In this document: one piece after another, positions 8,331 through 18,272 of the stretch
Layout of the letters: every line of letters begins with the position of its first letter
Numbering within the stretch: position 1 is the first letter of the stretch
Assembly (NCBI GenBank): GCA_041577295.1
Contig: JBFGJG010000003.1
Coordinates: forward strand, 64,001-128,000
Reading direction: 5' to 3'
DNA length: 64,000 nucleotides
Origin: Gemmatimonadales bacterium
Lineage (GTDB): Bacteria > Gemmatimonadota > Gemmatimonadetes > Gemmatimonadales > GWC2-71-9
Translations under genes and position numbers: made by a program
The notes under the pieces: model-generated
The model's database searches: none
What the model was told of the DNA's origin: nothing
The model's input: only the letters and a program-made list of their open reading frames with translations

Positions 8331-11300
8331 TCAGAAGGTCACGTTCAGACGCGCAGTCCAGTACCGGACCGGCGGCTGCGTGAGAAAGTCGGCCGTGCTG
8401 AAGTTGGCGTTCTGTGCCAGCGTCAGTTCTGGATCGACACCCGAGTAGTCCGTGATGGTAAAGAGGTTGCGGCCCGTCACTGTCAAACTCACACGGTCAC
8501 TCCGCAACCAACTCGCCCACATGTCTGGGAAGAAGAACGTCAGCGACGCTTCGCGCAGCTTCCAGAAGCTCGCATCCTCAATGAAGCCAGCGAAGGTCCC
8601 GCTGGGATGGAGCACTTGGGCAACCGTCGCTGCTTGCTTCTCGAAGTCCGAGAACGGAACCACCGCCTCCTCACAAAGGAAGAACGACGCGCAGCGGAAA
8701 CGTGCGGTGTGGTTCTGCAGTTTGTGTCCGCCCCGGTGATCCAGCAGCCCGGAAACACGAATTCGGTTCCACAACGTGACCGAGGTCTGGAACGATACCT
8801 CGCGCTTCGGAATGGGCGTCCCGAGGAAGACAGGTTCGTCACTCACTTCGATCTCGTCGAGACTGATGATACCATTCTCGTCGAGATCGCCGAGCAACGT
8901 GACCGAGTTCTGGAAGTACGCTCCGGCGGGGAACCCTTCCTCGTGCCGCTGGGCGTTGCCGCCCAAGCCAAAGATGATGGGCTCGACACCTTCGCCAAGT
9001 TCATTGATGCGGTTGTTGATCGTCGCACCCCTGAACGCCACGTCCCAGAGCACGTTTTGACTTTGAATCACCTGCGCTGTAATGGTGCCCTCGAATCCGC
9101 GATTGCGCACGGACGCGAGGTTCACGAACTGCTGCGAACCCGTGCCCAGTGACGGTGCGGTGTTGCGGTTCACCAAAGCGTCTTCGGTGGTCTTGTTATA
9201 GTAGGTGACGTCCAGACTCACCCGGTCGTTCAAGAACCCGGCATCAAACCCGACCTCGACCTCTTCAGACCGCTCGGGTTTGAGCTCCACGTTCCCTAGG
9301 GAGCTATCCGTGATGCCGACGACGTCGAGATCTCCGCTGGACACCGCGGTTGCTAGGAAGAACCGGACAGCGGCGTTCTGCGTGGGCTGCACGCCTGTCT
9401 GTCCCCATGCACCGCGCAGACGGAGCGAGCTGAGGAAACTTCCCTGGGGGAAGAACGGCTCCTCGCCTACGACCCACGAGAGACTGGCCTTGGGGTAAGC
9501 CACCAGGTCGAAGTCTTCTCCAAAGGCGTTGTTGTCGTCTATACGCAATCCACCGGTCACGAACACGCGGTCGTTGAGCGAGAACTGCTGCTCGCCAAAC
9601 ACACCAAGTGTCGTGTTTTCCGCTGTCCCTTCGAACGCGGACGTGATGACCGCTGACGCTAGTGAACTACTACCCGCCGGTAGCCGCTCGCCGAACGCGA
9701 ATGTGCCCTCGGTGATGTTTTGGAAGAACTGGAATCCCAGCGATGAGCGGGAACTAAGCGCGTCGGACAAGCGGGCCGTGGCGGTGGCACCGATGTCCGC
9801 CGTGTATTGATAGATGTTAATGCGATTCGAGTTTCGGACCCCATCAATCCGATTGGCAAACGGCACTTCGCCGGTCGGAGAGAAGTCGTTATCGAACTGG
9901 TTGGTCAGATCGAGCCCGAAGGCGCTCCGGGTCGTGAGCCAGCTGAAGGGCTGCCAGTTGCTCTGGAGGCTGCCGGTAAACCGCTCGATGTTCTGTTTGG
10001 CCTGGATTGCGAAAACCTGATCGGGCGTGAAGAATCCGTAGCCGGTTTCGGGCGTAGAGCCGCCAAAGAACCCGCTCGGCAGGATCCCCAACACGTTATT
10101 GTCGTTCTGCGGAAGTCTGAGATCGCTCGACACGAAGCCGACGGAAACGGACCAATCGGCATTCGGCAGAACTTGGGAGCGCAGGTTGGCACGCAGGCTC
10201 ACGCGCTCGAGCTCGTTGGGACGGACCAGACTGCCCGGAATCTCACCCCGTTCGGAGACCACACGTGCCTCGGTGGTATCCGGAAGACGCAGCGTGCCGA
10301 GCTCGCGCTCGAACTCGCCGGACAGGAAATAGCTCAGTCGGTCGGTACCGCCGGAGACATTTAGCCCAATTTGCTGGCGGTTGCCAACGCCGATGGGGCT
10401 AGCGTCTTTATCGTCGAGGACGTCGAACGACTGAATCTCACCCTGTGTGCAGAGATTGAGCGTCACGAACACCAGGGGACAGCCGTTTGCATCACCGAAG
10501 TTCGACGGATAATCTGTCGGGTCGTCCAGGAGACCACCTTCAACGTAGAAATTCCAACGTGGCTCGCCCGCCCTGCCCCGTTTGGTGGTGATCAGGATGA
10601 CGCCGTTTGCCGCTTCAGTCCCGTACAGTGTGGCAGCCGAGGGGCCTTTGATCACCTCGATTGACTCGATCTCCTCCGGATTGATGTCGTTGATGCGGGA
10701 CGGTTGTTGACCGCCGACGCTGATCGACGCCGTACCAAAGGACGCCGCAGTGTTGTCGATCCGTATGCCGTCGACATAGAGGAGCGGTTCATTGGACAAC
10801 GAAAGGCTGTTGGCTCCACGCACGCGGACGCGCGTCCCCGTGCCCGTCGTGCCACTGCTGGGGTTGACGATGACTCCTGGGGCCCTGGAGCTGAGGAGAT
10901 CTGAGAAGTTCGTGATTGCGCCCGTCTCGACTTCCTTGAGAGCATCGATCTTTGCGATGTTGTTCGCGACTTCCCGTTGCCGCCGCTCGCCAGTCGCTGT
11001 CACGACGATCTGGTCCAGGACCACGGCCGACGCATCGAGTGCAAAGTCAGCCGTCGCGGTTTGTCCGACAGATACGTTCACTGTCACGTTCTGTGGCGCG
11101 TAGCCGATGCGAACGACCCGCACCTCCACCTGCCCTATTGGAACCGCCTGAAACGAGAAGGTCCCGTCTTGACTGGTCGTGATCTGCCGAGTGGTTCCGA
11201 CCAGGATGACGCGAGCGCCGGCAATGGGCTGCCCCGTTATCTGTTCGATCACTCGGCCGCTCACGCTCCCGGTCGCTTGCGCTTGGGCGCGCTCAGGTGC

Positions 11301-11360
11301 TGCAAACAGCAGCCCCACGAAGGAAAGCGCGCTCAGCACTCTCACGAGTCGTGTACTCAT
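8331..11360 (-). CDS. SusC/RagA family TonB-dependent transporter (second copy)
   Basis: Signal peptide; LDQIVVTATG; INPEEIESIEVIKGPSAATLYGTEAANGVILITTKRG; LKPERSEEVEVG; terminal F. Confidence 0.95.
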   Translation of the reverse strand: MSTRLVRVLSALSFVGLLFAAPERAQAQATGSVSGRVIEQITGQPIAGARVILVGTTRQITTSQDGTFSFQAVPIGQVEVRVVRIGYAPQNVTVNVSVGQTATADFALDASAVVLDQIVVTATGERRQREVANNIAKIDALKEVETGAITNFSDLLSSRAPGVIVNPSSGTTGTGTRVRVRGANSLSLSNEPLLYVDGIRIDNTAASFGTASISVGGQQPSRINDINPEEIESIEVIKGPSAATLYGTEAANGVILITTKRGRAGEPRWNFYVEGGLLDDPTDYPSNFGDANGCPLVFVTLNLCTQGEIQSFDVLDDKDASPIGVGNRQQIGLNVSGGTDRLSYFLSGEFERELGTLRLPDTTEARVVSERGEIPGSLVRPNELERVSLRANLRSQVLPNADWSVSVGFVSSDLRLPQNDNNVLGILPSGFFGGSTPETGYGFFTPDQVFAIQAKQNIERFTGSLQSNWQPFSWLTTRSAFGLDLTNQFDNDFSPTGEVPFANRIDGVRNSNRINIYQYTADIGATATARLSDALSSRSSLGFQFFQNITEGTFAFGERLPAGSSSLASAVITSAFEGTAENTTLGVFGEQQFSLNDRVFVTGGLRIDDNNAFGEDFDLVAYPKASLSWVVGEEPFFPQGSFLSSLRLRGAWGQTGVQPTQNAAVRFFLATAVSSGDLDVVGITDSSLGNVELKPERSEEVEVGFDAGFLNDRVSLDVTYYNKTTEDALVNRNTAPSLGTGSQQFVNLASVRNRGFEGTITAQVIQSQNVLWDVAFRGATINNRINELGEGVEPIIFGLGGNAQRHEEGFPAGAYFQNSVTLLGDLDENGIISLDEIEVSDEPVFLGTPIPKREVSFQTSVTLWNRIRVSGLLDHRGGHKLQNHTARFRCASFFLCEEAVVPFSDFEKQAATVAQVLHPSGTFAGFIEDASFWKLREASLTFFFPDMWASWLRSDRVSLTVTGRNLFTITDYSGVDPELTLAQNANFSTADFLTQPPVRYWTARLNVTF

Positions 11361-11838
11361 TGTTGGTCTACCTCTGGATAGATGGTTGCATGCTCAACAT
11401 CACGTCCTCCGAACGAAGTTCATGGTTCCATGAGCTACCTCCCCAGCTCGAGAGTAGTTCGAGCACGATGCACACATATCCCGTGATCACATTCGACCAC
11501 GGCAGAGCCAGTGTCTTTTGCTTGATCCAGCGGAGCGTACGTGGGGAGGGACGTCCCGAATGGGTTGCACTCGGGGAGCACGCGCTGTTCCCGCTACCTC
11601 ATCACTTCAGTTTTCCACGAACAACGCTAAGCCGACAAAACAGGGTCGATCGCACCTCTCGGTTCGAGATTCCTGCAAGGTTGTGTCGTCCGGGCCGCCC
11701 GCCAAGAAGAGGGTGACCGCAGCCCGCCGCATTGACGACTTGTCGTGCTTATCAGCCTGCTAACACCTCGCGCGAATCAAGGTTCCCAGTTCGTTCTATC
11801 CGTTACGCCGTGAAACGAGCACGCGCGTTGGTGCGTGG

Positions 11839-12663
11839 TCACCTCGTCCACAACACGATCACCCCACATGATGCCCCACGCATTCGGAAACGCGAGGGGA
11901 CTTCCGCTGTGCCACGATAGACTTCAACGCCAGCGAGGTCGCCCTCGTTGACCTGCGTATCGACATCGACGGCACCGAACGTCCCGAGGTACATGCCATC
12001 GAGAAACAGCAACGGGTCGCAGCCAACCAAGGGACTCCGGACCAACTCCACGATATACCGACGCGTGTCGCGGGCGGAGAACGGATTGGGACGCTGTCCG
12101 TACATTGGGTTGGGGCGAACCCGCACTCCCGGAAGACGTCGCAACACGTCCGTGAACACGTGAGGATTCCACTGCTCCAACTGTTGTCGCTCTACGAAGA
12201 GGCCGGCCTCTCCGAGCCGACGCTCGTAAAACCCCGACCGGCTGAGACTCGCCTCCCATGCCTCACCTTCGACGGTGACCCCGGTGAGAGCCACCGGCAC
12301 CGGTTGCATGACGATGACTCCGGCCTCGATCACGACGTGCTCGTTGCGTCGCAGCTCGATCTCCACTTCGAGCGGTCCGTATCCCAAGCGACGAACCGTG
12401 AGCACGAGCAACCCAGGCATTACGTCGGTGAACGTGAACCGACCTCGTTCATCTGTGCGTGTCGTCACCTTGGTCGCGACGATCTCGAGGACGGCGCCGG
12501 GCACTGGTTCTCCGTCGCGCGACGTTACCGTGCCCTCCACCACCCCCGCATCGCGCCGTTGAGCCCCCCACACGGTGGATGTGAACAGCGAAGTGACCAC
12601 GACCCATACCGTGAGCCGTTGCAATACCGCCGTGCCTCGCGGAGCCCTTTGAGATCGACGCAT
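11839..12663 (-). CDS. Carboxypeptidase-regulatory-like domain plus TonB plug domain protein, no beta-barrel
   Basis: GTVTSRDGEPVPGA..TRTDERGRFTF..VRRLGY; plug DVLRRLPGV, CDPLLFLDG, LAGVEVYRG, CGVIVLWTR; start codon uncertain. Confidence 0.75.
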   Translation of the reverse strand: MRRSQRAPRGTAVLQRLTVWVVVTSLFTSTVWGAQRRDAGVVEGTVTSRDGEPVPGAVLEIVATKVTTRTDERGRFTFTDVMPGLLVLTVRRLGYGPLEVEIELRRNEHVVIEAGVIVMQPVPVALTGVTVEGEAWEASLSRSGFYERRLGEAGLFVERQQLEQWNPHVFTDVLRRLPGVRVRPNPMYGQRPNPFSARDTRRYIVELVRSPLVGCDPLLFLDGMYLGTFGAVDVDTQVNEGDLAGVEVYRGTAEVPSRFRMRGASCGVIVLWTR

Positions 12664-12836
12664 GCACAGTCCTCTCATTCTGGAGGGCAGAGCGTCTTGC
12701 GGACTCGCGACGGCGCACGCACGATGGTCGAGTACCGCCTCACCGCGATACATTTGGATTGCTTGGGGCCGTTACCGGCGTGTGGGCGCCGGCGTTATCA
12801 ACTGCGTTATCACCTACTCGAAAGGTCTTCGAGCCG

Positions 12837-13676
12837 ATGCGTCTCGCTCTCGCTCAACTCTCCGCGACACGCGACCACCATGCCAATGTCGACCGGGCGT
12901 TGGACGCGATGGAACGTGCGCACGATGCTGGCGCCGATCTGATTGCCTTTCCGGAGCTGGCTGTAGACCGTTTCTTCCCGCAACATCCGACCGATACTAC
13001 CGCCCACCAGCGCGCCGAGCCGATCCCGGGACCTACGGCAGACTGCATTGCCGAGCGGGCCCGTTCGCTGGACCTCGTGACCGTATTCAACATGTATGAG
13101 GTCGACCATCATGGGCGCCGTTTCGACAGTTCCCCTGTGTTTGACGCCGACGGCACGCTGCTGGGTGTCACTCGCATGGTGCACATTACCGAGTACGCGT
13201 GCTTTCACGAACAAGCGTACTACGATCCCGGTGATCGTGGAGCGCCCGTGTACCACACGGCGGCTGGCAGAGTTGGGGTCGCGATTTGTTACGACCGGCA
13301 CTATCCCGAGTATATGCGGGCGCTGGGTCTCGCTGGCGCTGAGCTGGTGGTGATTCCACAGGCAGGAGCGCTCGATGAGTGGCCGGAGGGTCTCTTTGAG
13401 GCTGAAGTCCGAACGGCAGCGTTTCAAAACGGCTATTTCGCCGCGTTGTGCAATCGGGTGGGGGAGGAGGAACGGCTCACGTTTGCCGGTGAGTCCTTCG
13501 TCGTCGATCCGCGGGGTCAGGTCATTGCACGCGGTAAACGTCTAGCGGATGATCTCGTGCTTGCGACGCTCGACCTTGCGGAGTGTGCCACCTCACCCGC
13601 ACGGACGCTGTTTTGGCGAGATAGGCGACCGGAGTGCTACGGGGAGTGGGGGCTAGTAGGGAGTAGCGAGTTTTGA
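12837..13676 (+). CDS. Carbon-nitrogen hydrolase (N-carbamoylputrescine amidase/beta-ureidopropionase-like)
   Basis: MRLALAQ, LIAFPEL, GVAICYDRHYPE, NRVGEE..FAGESFVVDP. Confidence 0.9.
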   Translation: MRLALAQLSATRDHHANVDRALDAMERAHDAGADLIAFPELAVDRFFPQHPTDTTAHQRAEPIPGPTADCIAERARSLDLVTVFNMYEVDHHGRRFDSSPVFDADGTLLGVTRMVHITEYACFHEQAYYDPGDRGAPVYHTAAGRVGVAICYDRHYPEYMRALGLAGAELVVIPQAGALDEWPEGLFEAEVRTAAFQNGYFAALCNRVGEEERLTFAGESFVVDPRGQVIARGKRLADDLVLATLDLAECATSPARTLFWRDRRPECYGEWGLVGSSEF

Positions 13677-13702
13677 CACCACTCACCACTCCCCAACTCG
13701 CT

Positions 13703-16700
13703 TCACACGATCGCTGGCTCAGGTGTTCGATGCTCGTCCGTTCGAGGGGGCGCGTCGTGCGGCACTTCGATATGCGGCACCCGCTTGAAGTGCTTCGCCA
13801 TCCAGTCGTCGAGATCGTCCAGTAGGGAGTACATGACGGGCACAAGCAGCAACGTCAAGAACGTGGCAAAGGTGAGCCCCGCGATCACGGCTATCGCCAT
13901 CGGGCCCCACCACGCGGCCTGCTCTCCACCCCAATACGGATCCGGGTTCAGCGAACTGTAGAGTCCAAAGAAATCGAAGTTGAGCCCTATGGCCAACGGC
14001 ACCAACCCAAGCACCGTGGTGATGGCCGTGAGAATGACCGGGCGAAACCTCGTCACACCGCCCCGTACCAACGCCTCTCGCCTGGAGAGTCCATCGCGAA
14101 AACGCAGCTGATCGACATAATCGATCAACACGATCGCGTTGTTGACCACCACCCCTGCAAGGCTAATCACGCCCACGCCGGTCATGATGATGCCGAAGGG
14201 CATCCGGAAGACCATCAACCCAATGAGGACGCCGATCGTGGAAAGCACCACGGAGCTGAGAATGATCAGCGGTTTCGTGACGGAATCAAACTGCGTCACG
14301 AGGATGAACCCAATCAGGAACACCGCCGTGAAAAACGCGCCCAACAGGAACGCCTGCGACTCCTCTTGCTCCTGTTGCTCCCCCGTGTAGGCCATGGTGT
14401 AGCCGGCCGGAAGGGTTTGTTGAAGCGCGGCCAGCTCTGTCTGAACTTCGGCGAGAACTGCGTTGCCGTTGAAACCGGGACGCACATCGGACGAGATCGT
14501 GACGACTTTACTCAAGTCTTTGCGCCTGACGTCCGCGAACCCCTCGCCGACATGCCAGTTCGCTACCGACAACAACGGAATCTGTTGGCCTTGTTCATTT
14601 ACGACCGTGAGATCACCGAGAGCGCCGAGGTTGTTACGATACGCGCGCGCGAGGCGCACGGTGATGTCGTACTCGTCCCTGCCGTCACGATAGGTGGAAG
14701 CTTCAGTTCCATTGATAGCACTCCGCACGGTAAACCCAACATCTCGGGTGTTGAGCCCGTAAAGGGCGGCGCGCTCTCGATCGACGTCCACAATCAGCTC
14801 CGGTCTGCCATCGGACATGTCGCTTTCGAGGCCATCGAGCTTGGCAAACACCGGGGATCGCTCGAGCGTGGCGACGACTTCGTCGCCAAGTCGCTTCAAT
14901 GTTTCAACGTCATCTCCCACGATCTCGATACTGACTGGAAGCCCGGTCGGTGGACCCGGCTGGATCACGTCGACCGAAATTTCGGCGCCGGCAATCTCAT
15001 TGATCAGGCTCGCACGCAATCGGTCGAGCAGTTCGCTAGCCGGGATGGTCTGATCTTGGAAGTCGACAAACGTCACGGCGACCGTGGCCAAATGCGTACC
15101 GCGCCCACCGCCAAAATCATTGCTGACGGCTTGGCCAACGGTCGTCACGACGGACTTGAAGTTCCGCCGCTCGTCTTCCGAGAGATTTGCGACAACCTGT
15201 TCGACACGCTCCGCGATGGCATCGGTCTGCTCCACTCGAGTACCGATCGGTCCCTCCACCTGCACGTAAGCGGTCGGGGGTGGAATGTCCTCGGGAAACA
15301 ATTCAATCCCTGCGTTGAGCATGCCAAACGTCGCGACGGCGATCACGAGGCTTGCACCGGCCCCGGCGAGGACCCGGAGCCGATGACGCAACGCGGAGCG
15401 GAGCACGCGCTCGTAGCGACGCAGAACAGTGGGAAGACCCTTGTGAATGAACCAGTGGCCAAACGGTGCCGTGGCGTGACGATGGACGTAGAACAGCACG
15501 ACTGCCGTGATCGCCAGCAGCACAGTGGCTAGCCAGCTCGTCACGAGACCGACAAGCACGGCCACGACGATTGCCGCGGTCATCAATTTCTTTGCGGCCG
15601 GCGTGAATTCTTGCTTTGGTCCCGTCTCGGGATCGAGCCACAGGGAACACAGCACCGGGTTGATCACCAAACCAACGAACAAGGACGAGCTCAGGGTGAT
15701 GATGAGGGTCAAAGGCAAGAACTTCATGAACTCGCCGATGATGCCCGGCCAGAACGCCATGGGGGCAAACGCTGCAAGCGTGGTGGCGGTGGACGCAATA
15801 ATGGGCATCGCCACCTCGCCTGTCCCGAGCTTGGCGGCGGTCGTGCGATCGTGGCCCTCCTCGCGGTATCGGTAGATGTTCTCGACGACCACGATCCCGT
15901 TGTCGACGAGCATGCCCAACGCGAGAATGAGGCTGAATAGCACCACGATGTTCATGGTGAAGCCGAGCAGCTGCATGATGCTGAACGAAATCAGCATGGA
16001 GAGCGGTATCGCGATGCCGACGAACGATGCTGTCTGCACGCCGAGGAAGAAGAGTAAGACACCCACCACGAGAATGAGCCCGGAGATGATATTGTTTTCG
16101 AGACTGCTCACCATCTCGTTGATGTCCTCGGACTGATCCGACGTGATCTTGACGATGGTTCCCGGAGGAAACGTCGGCGCGGCCGCAGCAATGGCTTCCC
16201 GCACTTCGTCCGCGGTCGCGATGATGTTCTCGCCGCTTCGTTTGGACACGGAGAGCGTTACCACCGGTTTACCATCGAGGCGTGCGAAGCTGTCGCGTTC
16301 CTTGAATCCGAAGTCGACGTTGGCCACGTCGCGCAGATAGATCGGCCGGCCACTGCGGGTCACGAGGACGACGTCGGCGATTGGGGCCGTGGCCTCGAAC
16401 TCACCCGGAACTCGAACGAGATACTTCACATTGCCGACGTCAATCGTTCCACCCGGGACCGTGACGTTCTCGTTGCGAATGGCGTCGATCACGTCGTCGA
16501 ATGCGAGATCGTAGAACTTGAGCTTGGCGAGGTCGACGTCGACTTGCACCTCGCGCTCCAGTCCGCCAGCAAGTGAAACCTGCAGGACACTGGGGATGAG
16601 CTCGATACGGTCCTGCAGGTCTTCCGCCACCTCCCGCAGCCGCACGAGATCGTAGTCGCCGGCAACGTTGACCTGCATGATGGGAAACTCCGAGATGTTG

Positions 16701-17128
16701 ATCTCGAAGATCTGCGGCTCCTCAGCGGCGCTTGGAAGTTCGGGTTTGGCGATGTCCACCTTCTCCCGCACCTGCTGCAGCGCTTCGTTCATGTCGGAGC
16801 CGGCGGTGAACTCCACGTTGATGCTCGAGTACCCCTCGATGGACGTGGACGAGATCGTCTTGACATCCGCAATGCCGTTCAGCTCGTCCTCGATGGGCCG
16901 CGTGATGAGCGTCTCAATGTCGCGTGGCGCAACCCCAGGATAGAGGGTGTTGATCACGATGTTGGGGATTGTGATTTCCGGATTGGATTCACGCGGAATC
17001 CCCGCGTACGCGAGCAGGCCTGATACGATCAGGATGAACATCAAGACTAGGACGCTGGTCGGATGATCGACGGCCAGCGAGGTCAGCGGAAACTGCTTGA
17101 ATTCGCCACGGCGTTGCATCCGTGCCAT
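13703..17128 (-). CDS. AcrB/RND efflux permease
   Basis: RND motifs LGMLVDNGIVVVENI, GVVVNNAIVLID, RFRPVILTAITT; TM-periplasm-TM repeat architecture. Confidence 0.95.
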   Translation of the reverse strand: MARMQRRGEFKQFPLTSLAVDHPTSVLVLMFILIVSGLLAYAGIPRESNPEITIPNIVINTLYPGVAPRDIETLITRPIEDELNGIADVKTISSTSIEGYSSINVEFTAGSDMNEALQQVREKVDIAKPELPSAAEEPQIFEINISEFPIMQVNVAGDYDLVRLREVAEDLQDRIELIPSVLQVSLAGGLEREVQVDVDLAKLKFYDLAFDDVIDAIRNENVTVPGGTIDVGNVKYLVRVPGEFEATAPIADVVLVTRSGRPIYLRDVANVDFGFKERDSFARLDGKPVVTLSVSKRSGENIIATADEVREAIAAAAPTFPPGTIVKITSDQSEDINEMVSSLENNIISGLILVVGVLLFFLGVQTASFVGIAIPLSMLISFSIMQLLGFTMNIVVLFSLILALGMLVDNGIVVVENIYRYREEGHDRTTAAKLGTGEVAMPIIASTATTLAAFAPMAFWPGIIGEFMKFLPLTLIITLSSSLFVGLVINPVLCSLWLDPETGPKQEFTPAAKKLMTAAIVVAVLVGLVTSWLATVLLAITAVVLFYVHRHATAPFGHWFIHKGLPTVLRRYERVLRSALRHRLRVLAGAGASLVIAVATFGMLNAGIELFPEDIPPPTAYVQVEGPIGTRVEQTDAIAERVEQVVANLSEDERRNFKSVVTTVGQAVSNDFGGGRGTHLATVAVTFVDFQDQTIPASELLDRLRASLINEIAGAEISVDVIQPGPPTGLPVSIEIVGDDVETLKRLGDEVVATLERSPVFAKLDGLESDMSDGRPELIVDVDRERAALYGLNTRDVGFTVRSAINGTEASTYRDGRDEYDITVRLARAYRNNLGALGDLTVVNEQGQQIPLLSVANWHVGEGFADVRRKDLSKVVTISSDVRPGFNGNAVLAEVQTELAALQQTLPAGYTMAYTGEQQEQEESQAFLLGAFFTAVFLIGFILVTQFDSVTKPLIILSSVVLSTIGVLIGLMVFRMPFGIIMTGVGVISLAGVVVNNAIVLIDYVDQLRFRDGLSRREALVRGGVTRFRPVILTAITTVLGLVPLAIGLNFDFFGLYSSLNPDPYWGGEQAAWWGPMAIAVIAGLTFATFLTLLLVPVMYSLLDDLDDWMAKHFKRVPHIEVPHDAPPRTDEHRTPEPAIV

Positions 17129-17129
17129 C

Positions 17130-18272
17130 TTATCTCCCCCGCTCGTCGAAGCGCGGCGAATCGTTCACCACGCGAATTCTGCTCCCATCGTCCACCTGCT
17201 TGTGGCCGAGCGTAATCAGCAGTTCACCAACGCGAAGGCCCTCTTCGATCACCGTCCGGTTGGCGGCGCTCGCACCGAGAATCACTCGACGGGCTTCAGC
17301 GTACGTGTGACCGTCCCGTTCGATGGCGACAAATACCTTGTAGCCATCCGCCGCACGTTGCACCACCTCCTGAGGCACCACGATCACGCTATCCAACTGC
17401 TGATGTTGGACCTGTACGTTCGCCACCATGTGCGGTTTGACCACTCGATCCGGATTGGCCATGACGATCTCGATGGGGAAGGTTCGGTTTCCCGGATCAA
17501 CACTGCTGCCCACGAAACCGATTCGCCCTTCGAACTCTCGCCCGGGGAACACATCGAACCAGATGCGCGCCGGGCTCCCAACGCGCACGCTGCGTGCGTA
17601 CCGCTCGGGAATACCCGCGGCGACCTTCACTCTCGACGTGGAGACCACGCGCACGACGGGGGCCCCGATCGTCGCCATCTCACCCGCCTGGAGGTACTTC
17701 GTATCAAACACTCCAGCAACCGGCGCCACAATCGCCGTACGGGCGAGACGCTCCTCGAGCTGCGCCAAGCGGGCGGCTGCTTGTTCGGACTGGTAACGGG
17801 CCTGAAGGAACGCGATCTCGGTGCCGATCTTCGCTTCCTCCCACAGCTGCCGCTGCCGGTCGTACTGCTCACGCGCCAAATCGGCGGATGCACGGGCTTC
17901 GGCAACCTGAGCCTGCAAGAGCTTATCTTCGAGCTTTGCGATGACCTGCCCTTGCGTCACACGCTGACCTTTTTCCACCAGGAACCGAGCGATGGGCCCC
18001 GATTCCTCGGCGGCGATGGTGACGTCGTGCAGTGCCTCGACTTCACCCGTCACCCGGATGTAGTCGGCGAACGCGCCGACGGTCACAGGTGTGATCTCGA
18101 CGTTCACCACGCGGACTCCCGCGGCGGATGCTGAATCCAGATCCGCCGCTTCGTCAGCGTTCCCCTCCGCGGGCGAACACCCTCCAACCAGCACGGGGAG
18201 TGCGACGAGGAGCGTACCGGCCACCAGGCACGCGCGATTCGCGAGGCGCTGGTTCATCCCTTGCCACATCAT
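17130..18272 (-). CDS. RND efflux membrane fusion protein (periplasmic adaptor)
   Basis: Lipobox LVGGC; lipoyl motif VEKGQRVTQGQVIAKL; IVAPVAG; VDPGNRTF. Confidence 0.92.
   Translation of the reverse strand: MMWQGMNQRLANRACLVAGTLLVALPVLVGGCSPAEGNADEAADLDSASAAGVRVVNVEITPVTVGAFADYIRVTGEVEALHDVTIAAEESGPIARFLVEKGQRVTQGQVIAKLEDKLLQAQVAEARASADLAREQYDRQRQLWEEAKIGTEIAFLQARYQSEQAAARLAQLEERLARTAIVAPVAGVFDTKYLQAGEMATIGAPVVRVVSTSRVKVAAGIPERYARSVRVGSPARIWFDVFPGREFEGRIGFVGSSVDPGNRTFPIEIVMANPDRVVKPHMVANVQVQHQQLDSVIVVPQEVVQRAADGYKVFVAIERDGHTYAEARRVILGASAANRTVIEEGLRVGELLITLGHKQVDDGSRIRVVNDSPRFDERGR

Noticed and set aside
14366..15532. Long alternative-frame ORFs (also 17097..18134, 44392..45669, 48437..49498, 55579..56628, 58441..59535)
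   Set aside because: They overlap well-supported genes, mostly antisense, and are typical shadows in GC-rich DNA.
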